Shown piece after piece: positions 1 through 6,852 of a DNA stretch of 33,095 nucleotides (the stretch's first letter is position 1; each line of letters begins with the position of its first letter). The stretch is from IMG/VR virus record IMGVR_UViG_3300045988_124089. One strand, given 5' to 3'. A program made the translations under genes and the position numbers. The DNA comes from a virus. Below the pieces are notes generated by a model. That model worked only from the letters and a program-made list of their open reading frames with translations, was not told the origin of the DNA and made no database searches.

Positions 1-119
1 AGGCGGAAGCGGATGTTAAGGTGATCGAGGCACAGGCTGAGGCAGATGCCAATAAGATCGTATCCGAATCCATCACCCCTGAACTGATCCAGATGAAAGA
101 AGCCGAAGCTCGTTTGAAG
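1..119. repeat. Left copy of 119-bp exact terminal overlap (identical to 32977-33095)
   Basis: Base-by-base comparison of both window ends. The overlap lies inside a CDS that reads through the junction in frame. Confidence 0.95.
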
Positions 120-176
120 CACGGATGGGTTACTGTGCAGGGTGCAGATACTGTTGTTACCCAGCAAGGCAACTAA
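1..176 (+). CDS. 3' end of the SPFH/band-7 (prohibitin/HflC-like) gene that starts at 32298 and wraps the circular junction
   Basis: Frame continuing from 32298 stays open through the junction. It reads ...EAEARLKHGWVTVQGADTVVTQQGN and stops at TAA 174-176. The unique continuation is 120-176. Confidence 0.8.
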   Translation, partial: AEADVKVIEAQAEADANKIVSESITPELIQMKEAEARLKHGWVTVQGADTVVTQQGN

Positions 177-264
177 AAGAATCCTCCAATGGCGGCAGGA
201 GGTTAAACAAGAGCCGCTGCCAGAGCGCGAGAGCGCAAAACCGAAAAGAGAAAGGATGGTTTGG

Positions 265-873
265 ATGCCCACAAAAAATAGTCCCCGGCGGCGTGCGCCG
301 TCTGCGGGCGCTTCTGGCGGCGTTTCGGTGAAGCCGGTATGTTTTCCGGTCGAAGTACCGAAACCCGCGCAGACGGCCCCGGAGGGCTGCCGCGTTATCA
401 CTCTGGCGGTGGATAAGGACGCAGCCCGCGTGATGCTGCTCCCGGATGACGCCGCTGTCCGCAAGCTGCTGGATGACGCCTACGGCCCGGCGGGCTGGTG
501 TATGCGCCGGTATTATGCCGGAAGTCAGCTCTGGTGTCAGGTCGGCGTTTACTCGCCCGATACCGGCGAGTATGTCTACAAGGACGCTGCCGCTATGTCG
601 ATTCCGGCCAATAACCCGGCCAAGATGCAGGAGATCACGAGCTTTCTGGCCGCTGCGGCGCTCTGGGGCGCCGGGTCGGACGTGCTGGATGTCGGCAAGA
701 TGCTGCTCAAGACCGCGCAGGTGCCCATTGTGGAGAGCGCGGACAAAAAGCGCTGGATGATCGGCACTGCGCTGCGGGTGGATCGCTTCGCGCGGGACGA
801 CACCGGCAGGATCACCATGGTGCAGTTCGCCACCACGGAGGGTAAAAAGATTTTATGGCCCGAAGCGACGTGA
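265..873 (+). CDS. Putative single-strand annealing protein (Rad52/Sak-like)
   Basis: ORF 142-873; the upstream part overlaps the SPFH gene end. ATG 265 has AAGGA 8 nt upstream (alternative ATG 256). The motif LLDDAYGPAGW resembles the Rad52/Sak 'LDevfGp.GW' core. It sits first in a NinB-HNH-SSB recombination module. Confidence 0.5.
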   Translation: MPTKNSPRRRAPSAGASGGVSVKPVCFPVEVPKPAQTAPEGCRVITLAVDKDAARVMLLPDDAAVRKLLDDAYGPAGWCMRRYYAGSQLWCQVGVYSPDTGEYVYKDAAAMSIPANNPAKMQEITSFLAAAALWGAGSDVLDVGKMLLKTAQVPIVESADKKRWMIGTALRVDRFARDDTGRITMVQFATTEGKKILWPEAT

Positions 874-1412
874 TCGGCAAGCTCCCGGTCGTCTATGACC
901 CCACAAAGCAAAAGATCGTTGTGGAAAACTCAGCGGAATTTGTTAAAACGCAGATACGCCAGAAATTAGACGACCTCGCCCACGGCTCCCCGCTGCGGCT
1001 GACCATTACCGTGGAGCGGCAGCGGAAAAAGTGCAGTCTGGAGCAGAACCGCATGATGTGGGCGCTGCTCACCATCATGGCCGACCACTACAACGCCGGA
1101 AAGGCGGGCGGCACGACCCCGGAGGCCTGTTATATCGAGATGCTGGAGGAATACGGCCTCGAATATGACTTTTTAGAGCTTCCGGTGGCCGCCGTTCCCA
1201 TCCTGCGCAATGCTTACAGACTTGTGCACATTGTGGAGCTGCTGGACAATGACCGCTGCACTGTCAAGGCGTCGATGGGGTCAAGCAGCTTTACCAGCGC
1301 CCAGATGTCGGCCTTTATTGACGGCATTTTCGACCGTCTGGCCGAAATGGGCGTCAACGATCCGAATGTGACACAATATTGGCAGGAATGGCAGGAGGTG
1401 CCGAGGGGATGA
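855..1412 (+). CDS. NinB/Orf-like recombination mediator
   Basis: 185-aa ORF. CSLEQNRMMWALL and SMGSSSFTSAQMSAFIDGIFDRLAEMGV resemble lambda NinB motifs (SLDQNRKLWA; GQSTSRM..EFAELLE). Overlaps its neighbours, suggesting translational coupling. Confidence 0.55.
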   Translation: MARSDVIGKLPVVYDPTKQKIVVENSAEFVKTQIRQKLDDLAHGSPLRLTITVERQRKKCSLEQNRMMWALLTIMADHYNAGKAGGTTPEACYIEMLEEYGLEYDFLELPVAAVPILRNAYRLVHIVELLDNDRCTVKASMGSSSFTSAQMSAFIDGIFDRLAEMGVNDPNVTQYWQEWQEVPRG

Positions 1413-1720
1413 GCGCGTCTATCATGCAGATCCGGCGGGAGTGTTACGTCTGCCGGGAAAAGTACAACGTGGCCACGGTGGCCGGGCTGGAAGAGCACCA
1501 TGTGCTCAACGGCCCGCTTCGGCCCATGGCCGAGAAATACGGCCTGAAGGTCTGGCTGTGCCACCGCCACCACAACGAGCCGGGGTACAGCGCCCATTTT
1601 GACCACCATCTCCGGCTCGACCTGAAGAAACAGGCCCAGCGGGATTTTGAGTCACTGTATGGGCACGACCGCTGGATGGCAGAAACGGGAAAGGATTATC
1701 TGAAATGCTCAACGTTGTAG
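1409..1720 (+). CDS. HNH/His-Me-finger-like zinc-binding protein (putative nuclease)
   Basis: ATGA overlap with the upstream stop and GGAGGTG RBS at 1394-1400. Motifs CYVC...EEHHVLNG...WLCHRHHN fit a CxxC/HH/CxxHH pattern. Confidence 0.5.
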   Translation: MSASIMQIRRECYVCREKYNVATVAGLEEHHVLNGPLRPMAEKYGLKVWLCHRHHNEPGYSAHFDHHLRLDLKKQAQRDFESLYGHDRWMAETGKDYLKCSTL

Positions 1721-2157
1721 CAATCATGGGGCGGCTCGTCGCAGACCCGGAGCTGCGCACCACCGGGAACGGTACCAATGTGTGCAGCTTCCGCATCGCG
1801 TGCGACCGGAATTTCGCCCAGAAGGGGCAGGAACGGCAAGCGGACTTCATCGACGTTGTCGCGTGGCGGCAGTCGGCGGAGTTCATTTGCAAGTACTTCC
1901 AGAAGGGCAGTCTGATCGCCGTAGAGGGATCCCTGCAAAGCCGCCAATATCAGGACAAGAACGGGAACAAGCGCACTGCGGTTGAAGTGCTGGCGAATCA
2001 GATCAATTTTGCGGGGCCTAAGAAGCCCGGCGGGCAGCCCGTGGATGACGGTGGCGAAGCGCCGCCCAAGGACTACCGGGAACCCGCTCCCGCTTACTCG
2101 CAGGGCAGCGCGGACGACTTTGCGGTGACCTCCGATGATGACGATCTGCCGTTCTGA
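1705..2157 (+). CDS. ssb: Single-stranded DNA-binding protein
   Basis: N-terminal OB-fold signature MLNVVAIMGRLVADPELR...FRIA..R...DFIDVVAWRQSAEF...KGSLIAVEGSLQSRQY. Gly/Pro-rich linker and acidic C-terminal tip DDDLPF. Confidence 0.93.
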   Translation: MLNVVAIMGRLVADPELRTTGNGTNVCSFRIACDRNFAQKGQERQADFIDVVAWRQSAEFICKYFQKGSLIAVEGSLQSRQYQDKNGNKRTAVEVLANQINFAGPKKPGGQPVDDGGEAPPKDYREPAPAYSQGSADDFAVTSDDDDLPF

Positions 2158-2176
2158 TCCGCAGGAGGGAACAAAC

Positions 2177-3082
2177 GTGAAAAACACGACGAAAAAACAG
2201 AGCTACATCCTTGTCCTCGACTGGATGGTGGACAAGTACCACCTCAAGGGCAATGAGCTGCTGGCCTACGCTCTGATCTATGGCTTCTCGCAGGATGGCG
2301 ACAGCGAATACAAGGGCAGTTTCAGCTACCTGACCCGCTGGCTGGGCGCTGATCGTGCAACAATAATCCGGGTGCTCAAGCGTCTGGAAAGCAAGGGCCT
2401 GATCTCCAAGCGGCAGGAACTTGTATCCGGTCAGATGGTCAATCGGTACGTCGCCGAGGTGCCCGAAGAGGTCAAGGAGACCGTCGAGAGCAAGGCCGAG
2501 ACGCCCGAAAATCCGGCGGAATCTCACCCGCCTGACCAGTGGCAAAACGCCACTAGTTGCAAAACGCCACTAGTGGCAAAATGCGACGGGAACCAGTGGC
2601 AAAACGCCACGGGGGGTAGTGGCAAAACGCCACCCAGTAATACTACTGGGAATACTACTGGGTATACTACTCCTTCGTGCGCGCGAGGCGCACAGGGGGG
2701 CGGGCCTACCCCGAAGGATGTTTTCGCGGAGTACGCCGGAACGGACGAGCCTCTGCTGGAAGCCCTGACCAAGTTCGACGCCTACCGGGCATCCCGGCGG
2801 GGCAAGGTCTGGGACGCTCAGGCAGCGCGGGCCGTCTGCGACAAACTGACCCATCTGGCGAACGAATCAAAAACAACAAAACGCACAGAGTACATGATCG
2901 CCAGCATCATGCAGAGCATCGAGGCCGGATGGAGCGTCCTCGACCACCCAAAGAGCTGGGGGCCCGGAAACCGGGTAACGGCGCGGGCGGCTCGCGGAAT
3001 CGTTGACCGGCCAGAACCCAGCGGAAATGACTTTTTGCAAAACGCTGCACACCGGCGTCCTCTCGCCCGGAAGTGCGGCTAA
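2177..3082 (+). CDS. Replication initiator / replisome organiser (winged-helix N-terminus, DnaD-like C-terminus)
   Basis: GTG 2177 with AGGAGGG RBS 7 nt upstream. The N-terminus (LLAYALIYGFS...SFSYLTRWLGADRATIIRVLKRLESKGLI) looks like a wHTH. It contains an iteron array in its central linker and lies downstream of ssb. Confidence 0.6.
   Translation: MKNTTKKQSYILVLDWMVDKYHLKGNELLAYALIYGFSQDGDSEYKGSFSYLTRWLGADRATIIRVLKRLESKGLISKRQELVSGQMVNRYVAEVPEEVKETVESKAETPENPAESHPPDQWQNATSCKTPLVAKCDGNQWQNATGGSGKTPPSNTTGNTTGYTTPSCARGAQGGGPTPKDVFAEYAGTDEPLLEALTKFDAYRASRRGKVWDAQAARAVCDKLTHLANESKTTKRTEYMIASIMQSIEAGWSVLDHPKSWGPGNRVTARAARGIVDRPEPSGNDFLQNAAHRRPLARKCG
2538..2633. repeat. Iteron array: 5 copies of AGTGGCAAAACGCCAC (candidate phage origin of replication)
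   Basis: Copies at 2538, 2555 (1 mismatch), 2572 (degenerate), 2595 and 2618, with spacing 17, 17, 23, 23 bp. Each unit contains the inverted repeat GTGGC-N5-GCCAC. The array is translated as repeated QWQNAT peptides. Confidence 0.7.
2639..2671. repeat. 12-bp tandem repeat AATACTACTGGG x2.75 flanking the iterons
   Basis: Direct reading: aatactactggg aatactactggg tatactact, encoding NTTGNTTGYTT. Confidence 0.8.
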
Positions 3083-3108
3083 AAAATAAACACACGGAGG
3101 AACCCACA

Positions 3109-3909
3109 ATGAGAAACATGGCTACCATCGCGATCATCAACCTCAAGGGCGGCGTCGGCAAGTCCGTCACCGCTTGCAATCTGGCCTGTATCCTGTCCGG
3201 TATCTACGGCCGGCGGGTGCTGGTCATGGATCTGGACAAACAGGCAAACACCACCAAGTTTTTCGAGCGTGTCCAGAGTGGACACCAGAAGACCATCGCC
3301 GACGTGCTGACGCTGGACGCAAAGCTCAGCGATGTCATCGTACATACCGGATGGCCGGACATCGACCTCGCGCCTAGCAACATGCAGTTGCTGCTCGCCA
3401 ATCAGAGCGTGATGTTTGATCTGGCCCGGCGGCGTGAAGACCGCGTCCGGCGGGCGCTGGCACCCTACCGCACGGAATACGACTACTGCATTATCGACTG
3501 CCCGCCCGATATCGACATGGCCACCATCAACGCGCTGGTCGAGGCCGATTGGGTCATCATCCCGGTGGACTGCGACGAGTGGGCGCTGGATGGCCTGAGC
3601 GAGATCATGGAACAGATCCGGGCCGTCAAGGCCGAGTACAACGAGCGATTGGAAATCATGGGCACACTGGCCACCAAGTACGACCGGGGCCGCTACTCCA
3701 CCAAGACCATCAACCAGCTCGTCAATCTGGATATCCCGACCTTCCGGGCCGATGATGGCGCGGTGCTGCACATCGATAGCAGCGTCCGGGTGAAGGAGTC
3801 GAAGGCATTCCACCGGCCTCTGTACCAGTACGCGCCGAAATGTAGGCCCGCCGCTCAGTATAAGACGCTGGCGGAAAAAGTGATGGAGATCGCGGAGGGA
3901 CAAAAATGA
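3109..3909 (+). CDS. parA: ParA/Soj-family partition ATPase
   Basis: Deviant Walker A IINLKGGVGKSVTACNLA, then VLVMDLDKQANTT and IIDCPP. GGAGG RBS at 3096-3100. ATGA coupling to the next gene. Confidence 0.85.
   Translation: MRNMATIAIINLKGGVGKSVTACNLACILSGIYGRRVLVMDLDKQANTTKFFERVQSGHQKTIADVLTLDAKLSDVIVHTGWPDIDLAPSNMQLLLANQSVMFDLARRREDRVRRALAPYRTEYDYCIIDCPPDIDMATINALVEADWVIIPVDCDEWALDGLSEIMEQIRAVKAEYNERLEIMGTLATKYDRGRYSTKTINQLVNLDIPTFRADDGAVLHIDSSVRVKESKAFHRPLYQYAPKCRPAAQYKTLAEKVMEIAEGQK
3269..3285. repeat. Palindrome copy 1: GTGTCCA-GAG-TGGACAC (inside parA-like CDS)
   Basis: Exact 7-bp inverted half-sites. Member of a 5-copy family (3269, 6581, 13397, 23235, 28503). Confidence 0.9.
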
Positions 3910-4292
3910 AAACGGTTGGTGAACTTATTCGAATAGAAAGAAAAAAGCAGGGGATAACGCAGTTGGAACTTGGCAAAAGATGCGGAATGGATGGTTCCGC
4001 AATACGAAAATATGAATCAGGAAAAATAACCCCAAAATTTGAAACGGTGGCTAAAATTTCAGAAGCGTTAAATCTGAGACTTGAAGATTTTTATCCAAAA
4101 CTGGGCGAAGCCTCTACTGCAAAATGGGAATATGCCAAAAATTTGGCATGGGTCAGCCCGGACAGAAGAACGACGGAGCCTGTCGTCCGGTGCTCGAATT
4201 GTCATGCGAGTATGTCGGAAAGCGAATATCTCCGGTATATTTGGAACTATTGCCCGGTTTGCGGCAAAAAAATGGAGGATGCGACAGAATGA
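3906..4292 (+). CDS. XRE-family HTH protein with C-terminal zinc ribbon
   Basis: ELIRIERKKQGITQLELGKRCGMDGSAIRKYESGKITPKFETVAKISEALN is a classic XRE HTH. The C-terminus has CSNC...CPVCG. The gene is visibly AT-rich versus its neighbours and has ATGA overlaps on both sides. Confidence 0.75.
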   Translation: MKTVGELIRIERKKQGITQLELGKRCGMDGSAIRKYESGKITPKFETVAKISEALNLRLEDFYPKLGEASTAKWEYAKNLAWVSPDRRTTEPVVRCSNCHASMSESEYLRYIWNYCPVCGKKMEDATE

Positions 4293-5395
4293 GCACCGGA
4301 TTAGTACATAGCCTTCTGGACGCACAGCCGTCCACCCCGGCGGGGGAGCCGCCGCTGAAAGTGGTCATGATCGACCGCAAAAACATCATCGTCAACCCGG
4401 ACAACCACAAAATCTACGTCATCGGGGATGTCTCCCGGCTAAAAGAGGATATCAAGACCAACGGCATCCGGCAGCCGCTGGAAGTGGTCGATCTGGAGGA
4501 TGGCAATTACAAGCTGATCGGCGGCGAGCGGCGTCTGACCGCTTGCGAGGAGCTGGCCAAAGAGGGCGATACCCGCTTCAACGCGCTGCCCTGCGTCATC
4601 CTCAAGCTCAAGAATGACGATGACGACAAGATCGCGCTCATCACGGCCAACGCCACCGCCCGCGAGCTGACCGACGGCGAACGTCTGGCACAGTATGAGG
4701 CCCTCAAGGAGATTCTGACGCGCCGGAAGAAAAACGGCCAGCTCCAAGGTAAGGTGCGGGACGAGCTGTGCAGAATCCTCGGCCTGAGCGCGGGGGCGGC
4801 GGCCCGGCTGAATGCCATTTCCGAGAATTGCGATCCAAGTACAATACACCAGATGCGAATTGGAAACATCACATTTACCGGAGCATATAAGCGGGCGCAG
4901 GAAATTATCGAAGCCAAAAAGCCGCCTGTGGAGCCGCCCAAACCGGATAAACCGGTGTACGAAAAGCCCGTCGTTTTTGACTGCGCGCCAAAGGCGGCGG
5001 AAACGATACCGCAGAATCCCGATTATGACGAGTGGAACCTTCCACCAGAGTGCCGGGTAGCCGTGGAAAAGGCAAACCGTGAAGCGGCCCAGAAGCAGGA
5101 AGAACAGAAGCGCGGAAAGAAGACACTGCGGTTGCTGGCAGAAAAAACGCTGAAAGAAGATGCGCCGTGGGAACTGGCATGGGAAGATGTACAGTTTGGG
5201 CTTGAATATTACAAACAGCCTCTTCCCGGCGGGGCGAAGCTCTGGAAACGTGTGGATGAAACCAGAAGAGGAGCCGGTCAGACCTGCGATGATTATGCGA
5301 TCATTTTGCAAGATAACAAGTTTTATACCTGTGGATGGATTTCGTTTTATTCCGGGATCACTGACCTGCTGACACAATATTTTGAGTTGAAATAA
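4289..5395 (+). CDS. parB: ParB/Spo0J-like N-terminal-domain protein
   Basis: Start ATG 4289 overlaps the upstream stop. Motifs IRQPLEVV....YKLIGGERRLTA (ParB box with GERR). The long C-terminal part is unassigned. The upstream ORF extension 4124-4288 was rejected because it overlaps the HTH gene. Confidence 0.75.
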   Translation: MSTGLVHSLLDAQPSTPAGEPPLKVVMIDRKNIIVNPDNHKIYVIGDVSRLKEDIKTNGIRQPLEVVDLEDGNYKLIGGERRLTACEELAKEGDTRFNALPCVILKLKNDDDDKIALITANATARELTDGERLAQYEALKEILTRRKKNGQLQGKVRDELCRILGLSAGAAARLNAISENCDPSTIHQMRIGNITFTGAYKRAQEIIEAKKPPVEPPKPDKPVYEKPVVFDCAPKAAETIPQNPDYDEWNLPPECRVAVEKANREAAQKQEEQKRGKKTLRLLAEKTLKEDAPWELAWEDVQFGLEYYKQPLPGGAKLWKRVDETRRGAGQTCDDYAIILQDNKFYTCGWISFYSGITDLLTQYFELK

Positions 5396-5411
5396 ATAAG
5401 GAGGAACCACA

Positions 5412-5864
5412 ATGACGCCGCTGAAGCCGAGAGAGTTACGGAAGCTGTATGCGATACCTTATGACATCGAGAAGCGCCAGCGGCGCATTGAACAGTTGGA
5501 GGCGCTGCAATCCGATGGGCCGCAGAGTGCTTCCGATGTGGTCAAGTCTTCCAGCGGCGAGGGAAATGCCTGTATCCTGAGTCATGCGACCGTGACGGGT
5601 ACGGATGCCTCTTTTACCCGGCGGGAAGATGAGATCAGGCGGCTCAAGGAGATCAACGCCGACCAAAAGGCGAAATACCTATACGGCCAGCGGCTCATTG
5701 AGAGCTGCGACGACTGCGAGCTCAGGGCCTTGCTGACGGCGATCTGTTCACAGGGAAAGAAGCCGCAGGATGTGGCCGTGGAGCTCATGGAGCAGGGCGT
5801 GGATATCGGGTCAGAGGCCATTCGTCGGCGAGTCGAACGGTGGATCAACCAGAATGCGAGGTAA
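5412..5864 (+). CDS. Putative late-gene transcriptional regulator (ArpU/RinA/DUF1492-like, sigma-region-4-like C-terminus)
   Basis: AAGGAGG RBS. Coiled N-terminal part and a C-terminal helix-rich segment (LRALLTAICSQGKKPQDVAVELMEQG...IRRRVERW). Its position just upstream of the packaging operon is typical for such regulators. Weak, pattern-based call. Confidence 0.35.
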   Translation: MTPLKPRELRKLYAIPYDIEKRQRRIEQLEALQSDGPQSASDVVKSSSGEGNACILSHATVTGTDASFTRREDEIRRLKEINADQKAKYLYGQRLIESCDDCELRALLTAICSQGKKPQDVAVELMEQGVDIGSEAIRRRVERWINQNAR

Positions 5865-5913
5865 GATTTTGGACAGAGAAGCATCTACATGATTTTAGAG
5901 AAGGAGGAGTAAA

Positions 5914-6318
5914 ATGAAACTGATTATTGCGAACAACGGTAAAGCGACTATCAATGCGGATTATATTGTGAGCATGAAATGCTTATATACCAAACAACTT
6001 TCCACGGGCGAAGAAAGATATTCCATTGTAGCTGACACGATAAACGATAAAAATTATGTTATTCAAGATGGTCTCACGGAAAGCGAAGCGACCCGACGCC
6101 TTGAAAAAATTGCAAACTATATTGTCCCCGATGAAAGCTTTGTAATTTCGTTTGGAGAAAACAACGGGGTTTATAGTTGCATTTGCAAAAAAGAAAAAAC
6201 AAATTGTTTGATGTGCGATAATTACGGCGGCCATGGAAAATGCAAAATGGCCGCCGCTGTATGCGAATCGAACGACATAAAAACATGTTGCAGATATTAC
6301 CGGGAGAAGGAAGATTGA
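5914..6318 (+). CDS. Hypothetical protein, Cys-rich C-terminus, AT-rich orphan gene
   Basis: AAGGAGGAG RBS at 5901-5909. 134-aa ORF with 10 Cys in the last ~50 residues (CICKKEKTNCLMCDNYGGHGKCKMAAAVCESNDIKTCC). Strong drop in GC relative to the flanks. Confidence 0.6.
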   Translation: MKLIIANNGKATINADYIVSMKCLYTKQLSTGEERYSIVADTINDKNYVIQDGLTESEATRRLEKIANYIVPDESFVISFGENNGVYSCICKKEKTNCLMCDNYGGHGKCKMAAAVCESNDIKTCCRYYREKED

Positions 6319-6346
6319 AACTTCTACGATAATGCGTAAATTCCGT

Positions 6347-6396
6347 GTCCGATTTGTCCGAAATGTCCGATTTGTCCGAAATGTCCGGAATGTCCG
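6347..6396. repeat. Six GTCCG motifs at exact 9-bp phasing (18-bp unit GTCCGATTTGTCCGAAAT x2 plus 2 more)
   Basis: GTCCG starts at 6347, 6356, 6365, 6374, 6383 and 6392. The array abuts and overlaps the -35 position of the promoter at 6406-6414. Confidence 0.85.
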
Positions 6397-6405
6397 TTTT
6401 TGTTA

Positions 6406-6414
6406 TGCTATAAT
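6406..6414 (+). promoter_or_regulatory. Extended -10 promoter element TGcTATAAT (candidate late promoter, no recognisable -35)
   Basis: TATAAT at 6409-6414 preceded by TG at 6406-6407. The -35 position reads CGGAAT, inside the GTCCG array, which suggests activator dependence. Confidence 0.45.
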
Positions 6415-6580
6415 CATAATGCGGTTATTGGGTGAGACATCCAGACCGCTCATTGTGGATTCGAAGACTCCCGGCGGGAAACATAGCACGGCGATGGAAC
6501 GACGTGCTCAATGGGAATTGCGCCGTCCGCTCCAAAACCCAGCGGCGTATGACCAACAAGACAACACTTCCACCCGGCGG

Positions 6581-6597
6581 GTGTCCATTGTGGACAC
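6581..6597. repeat. Palindrome copy 2: GTGTCCA-TTG-TGGACAC (late leader)
   Basis: Exact half-sites. With the flanking G/C it can form an 8-bp hairpin (6580-6598). Confidence 0.9.
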
Positions 6598-6607
6598 CTT
6601 ACGATAT

Positions 6608-6716
6608 GCTGTTGAGCTCACACAATGGCAGAGTACCACTTGCACAGTGCAAGACAGCATTGACGTAAGACGTTACGTTGATGCGGGTGACGGTTCGAAT
6701 CCGTCCGACAGCACCA
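6608..6716 (+). ncRNA. tRNA-like element (non-canonical, 109 nt including encoded ACCA)
   Basis: - Acceptor: 6608-6614 GCTGTTG pairs with 6706-6712 CGACAGC (7 bp, one G-U).
- D arm: GCTC/GAGT at 6616-6619/6631-6634, with A14, GG and A21 in the loop.
- T arm: GACGG-TTCGAAT-CCGTC at 6689-6705.
- 3' end: discriminator A plus CCA at 6713-6716.
- Deviations: only 1 nt between acceptor and D stem; the anticodon arm is replaced by a CTTGC/GCAAG hairpin (6639-6653); an extra 12-bp hairpin sits at 6657-6684. Confidence 0.45.
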
Positions 6717-6781
6717 GACGCGCACCCTTTGAGGGGGCGGCGCGAATAGCGGAGCATCTGGCCGCGAAAGTTCCAGATGCA

Positions 6782-6852
6782 GCGGAACCTTATCTCTTGA
6801 GCCTTCTGGTGAAATTGATATGCGGTGGAATGCAAGGTTCCGCTTATTTTTA
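6782..6852 (+). terminator. Terminator/attenuator-like hairpin immediately upstream of the HNH gene
   Basis: GCGGAACCTT (6782-6791) pairs perfectly with AAGGTTCCGC (6834-6843) and is followed by TTATTTTTA. The 42-nt enclosed loop is atypically large. Confidence 0.4.

Noticed and set aside
142-264. Upstream extension of the annealase ORF (start at 142)
   Set aside because: It would overlap the 3' end of the SPFH gene (stop at 176). It encodes an Arg/Lys/Gln-rich stretch with no RBS. The internal ATG 265 (or 256) has an AAGGA RBS.
2538-2671. CRISPR-like array (also considered for the GTCCG repeats at 6347-6396)
   Set aside because: - The repeat units (16 bp and 9 bp) are too short.
- Spacers are 1-7 bp or absent.
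- There are no cas genes.
- The first array lies in frame inside a replication gene.
- Iterons and a regulator-binding array are the better explanations.
6608-6716. Calling this a standard tRNA gene (e.g. tRNA-Cys GCA or tRNA-Leu CAG)
   Set aside because: - 109 nt is too long for a standard tRNA.
- The anticodon stem has at most 3-4 bp, with either a 5-nt loop or a loop lacking U33.
- The variable region would be ~37 nt and contain a 12-bp hairpin.
- Only 1 nt separates the acceptor and D stems.
- It is therefore reported as tRNA-like ncRNA.
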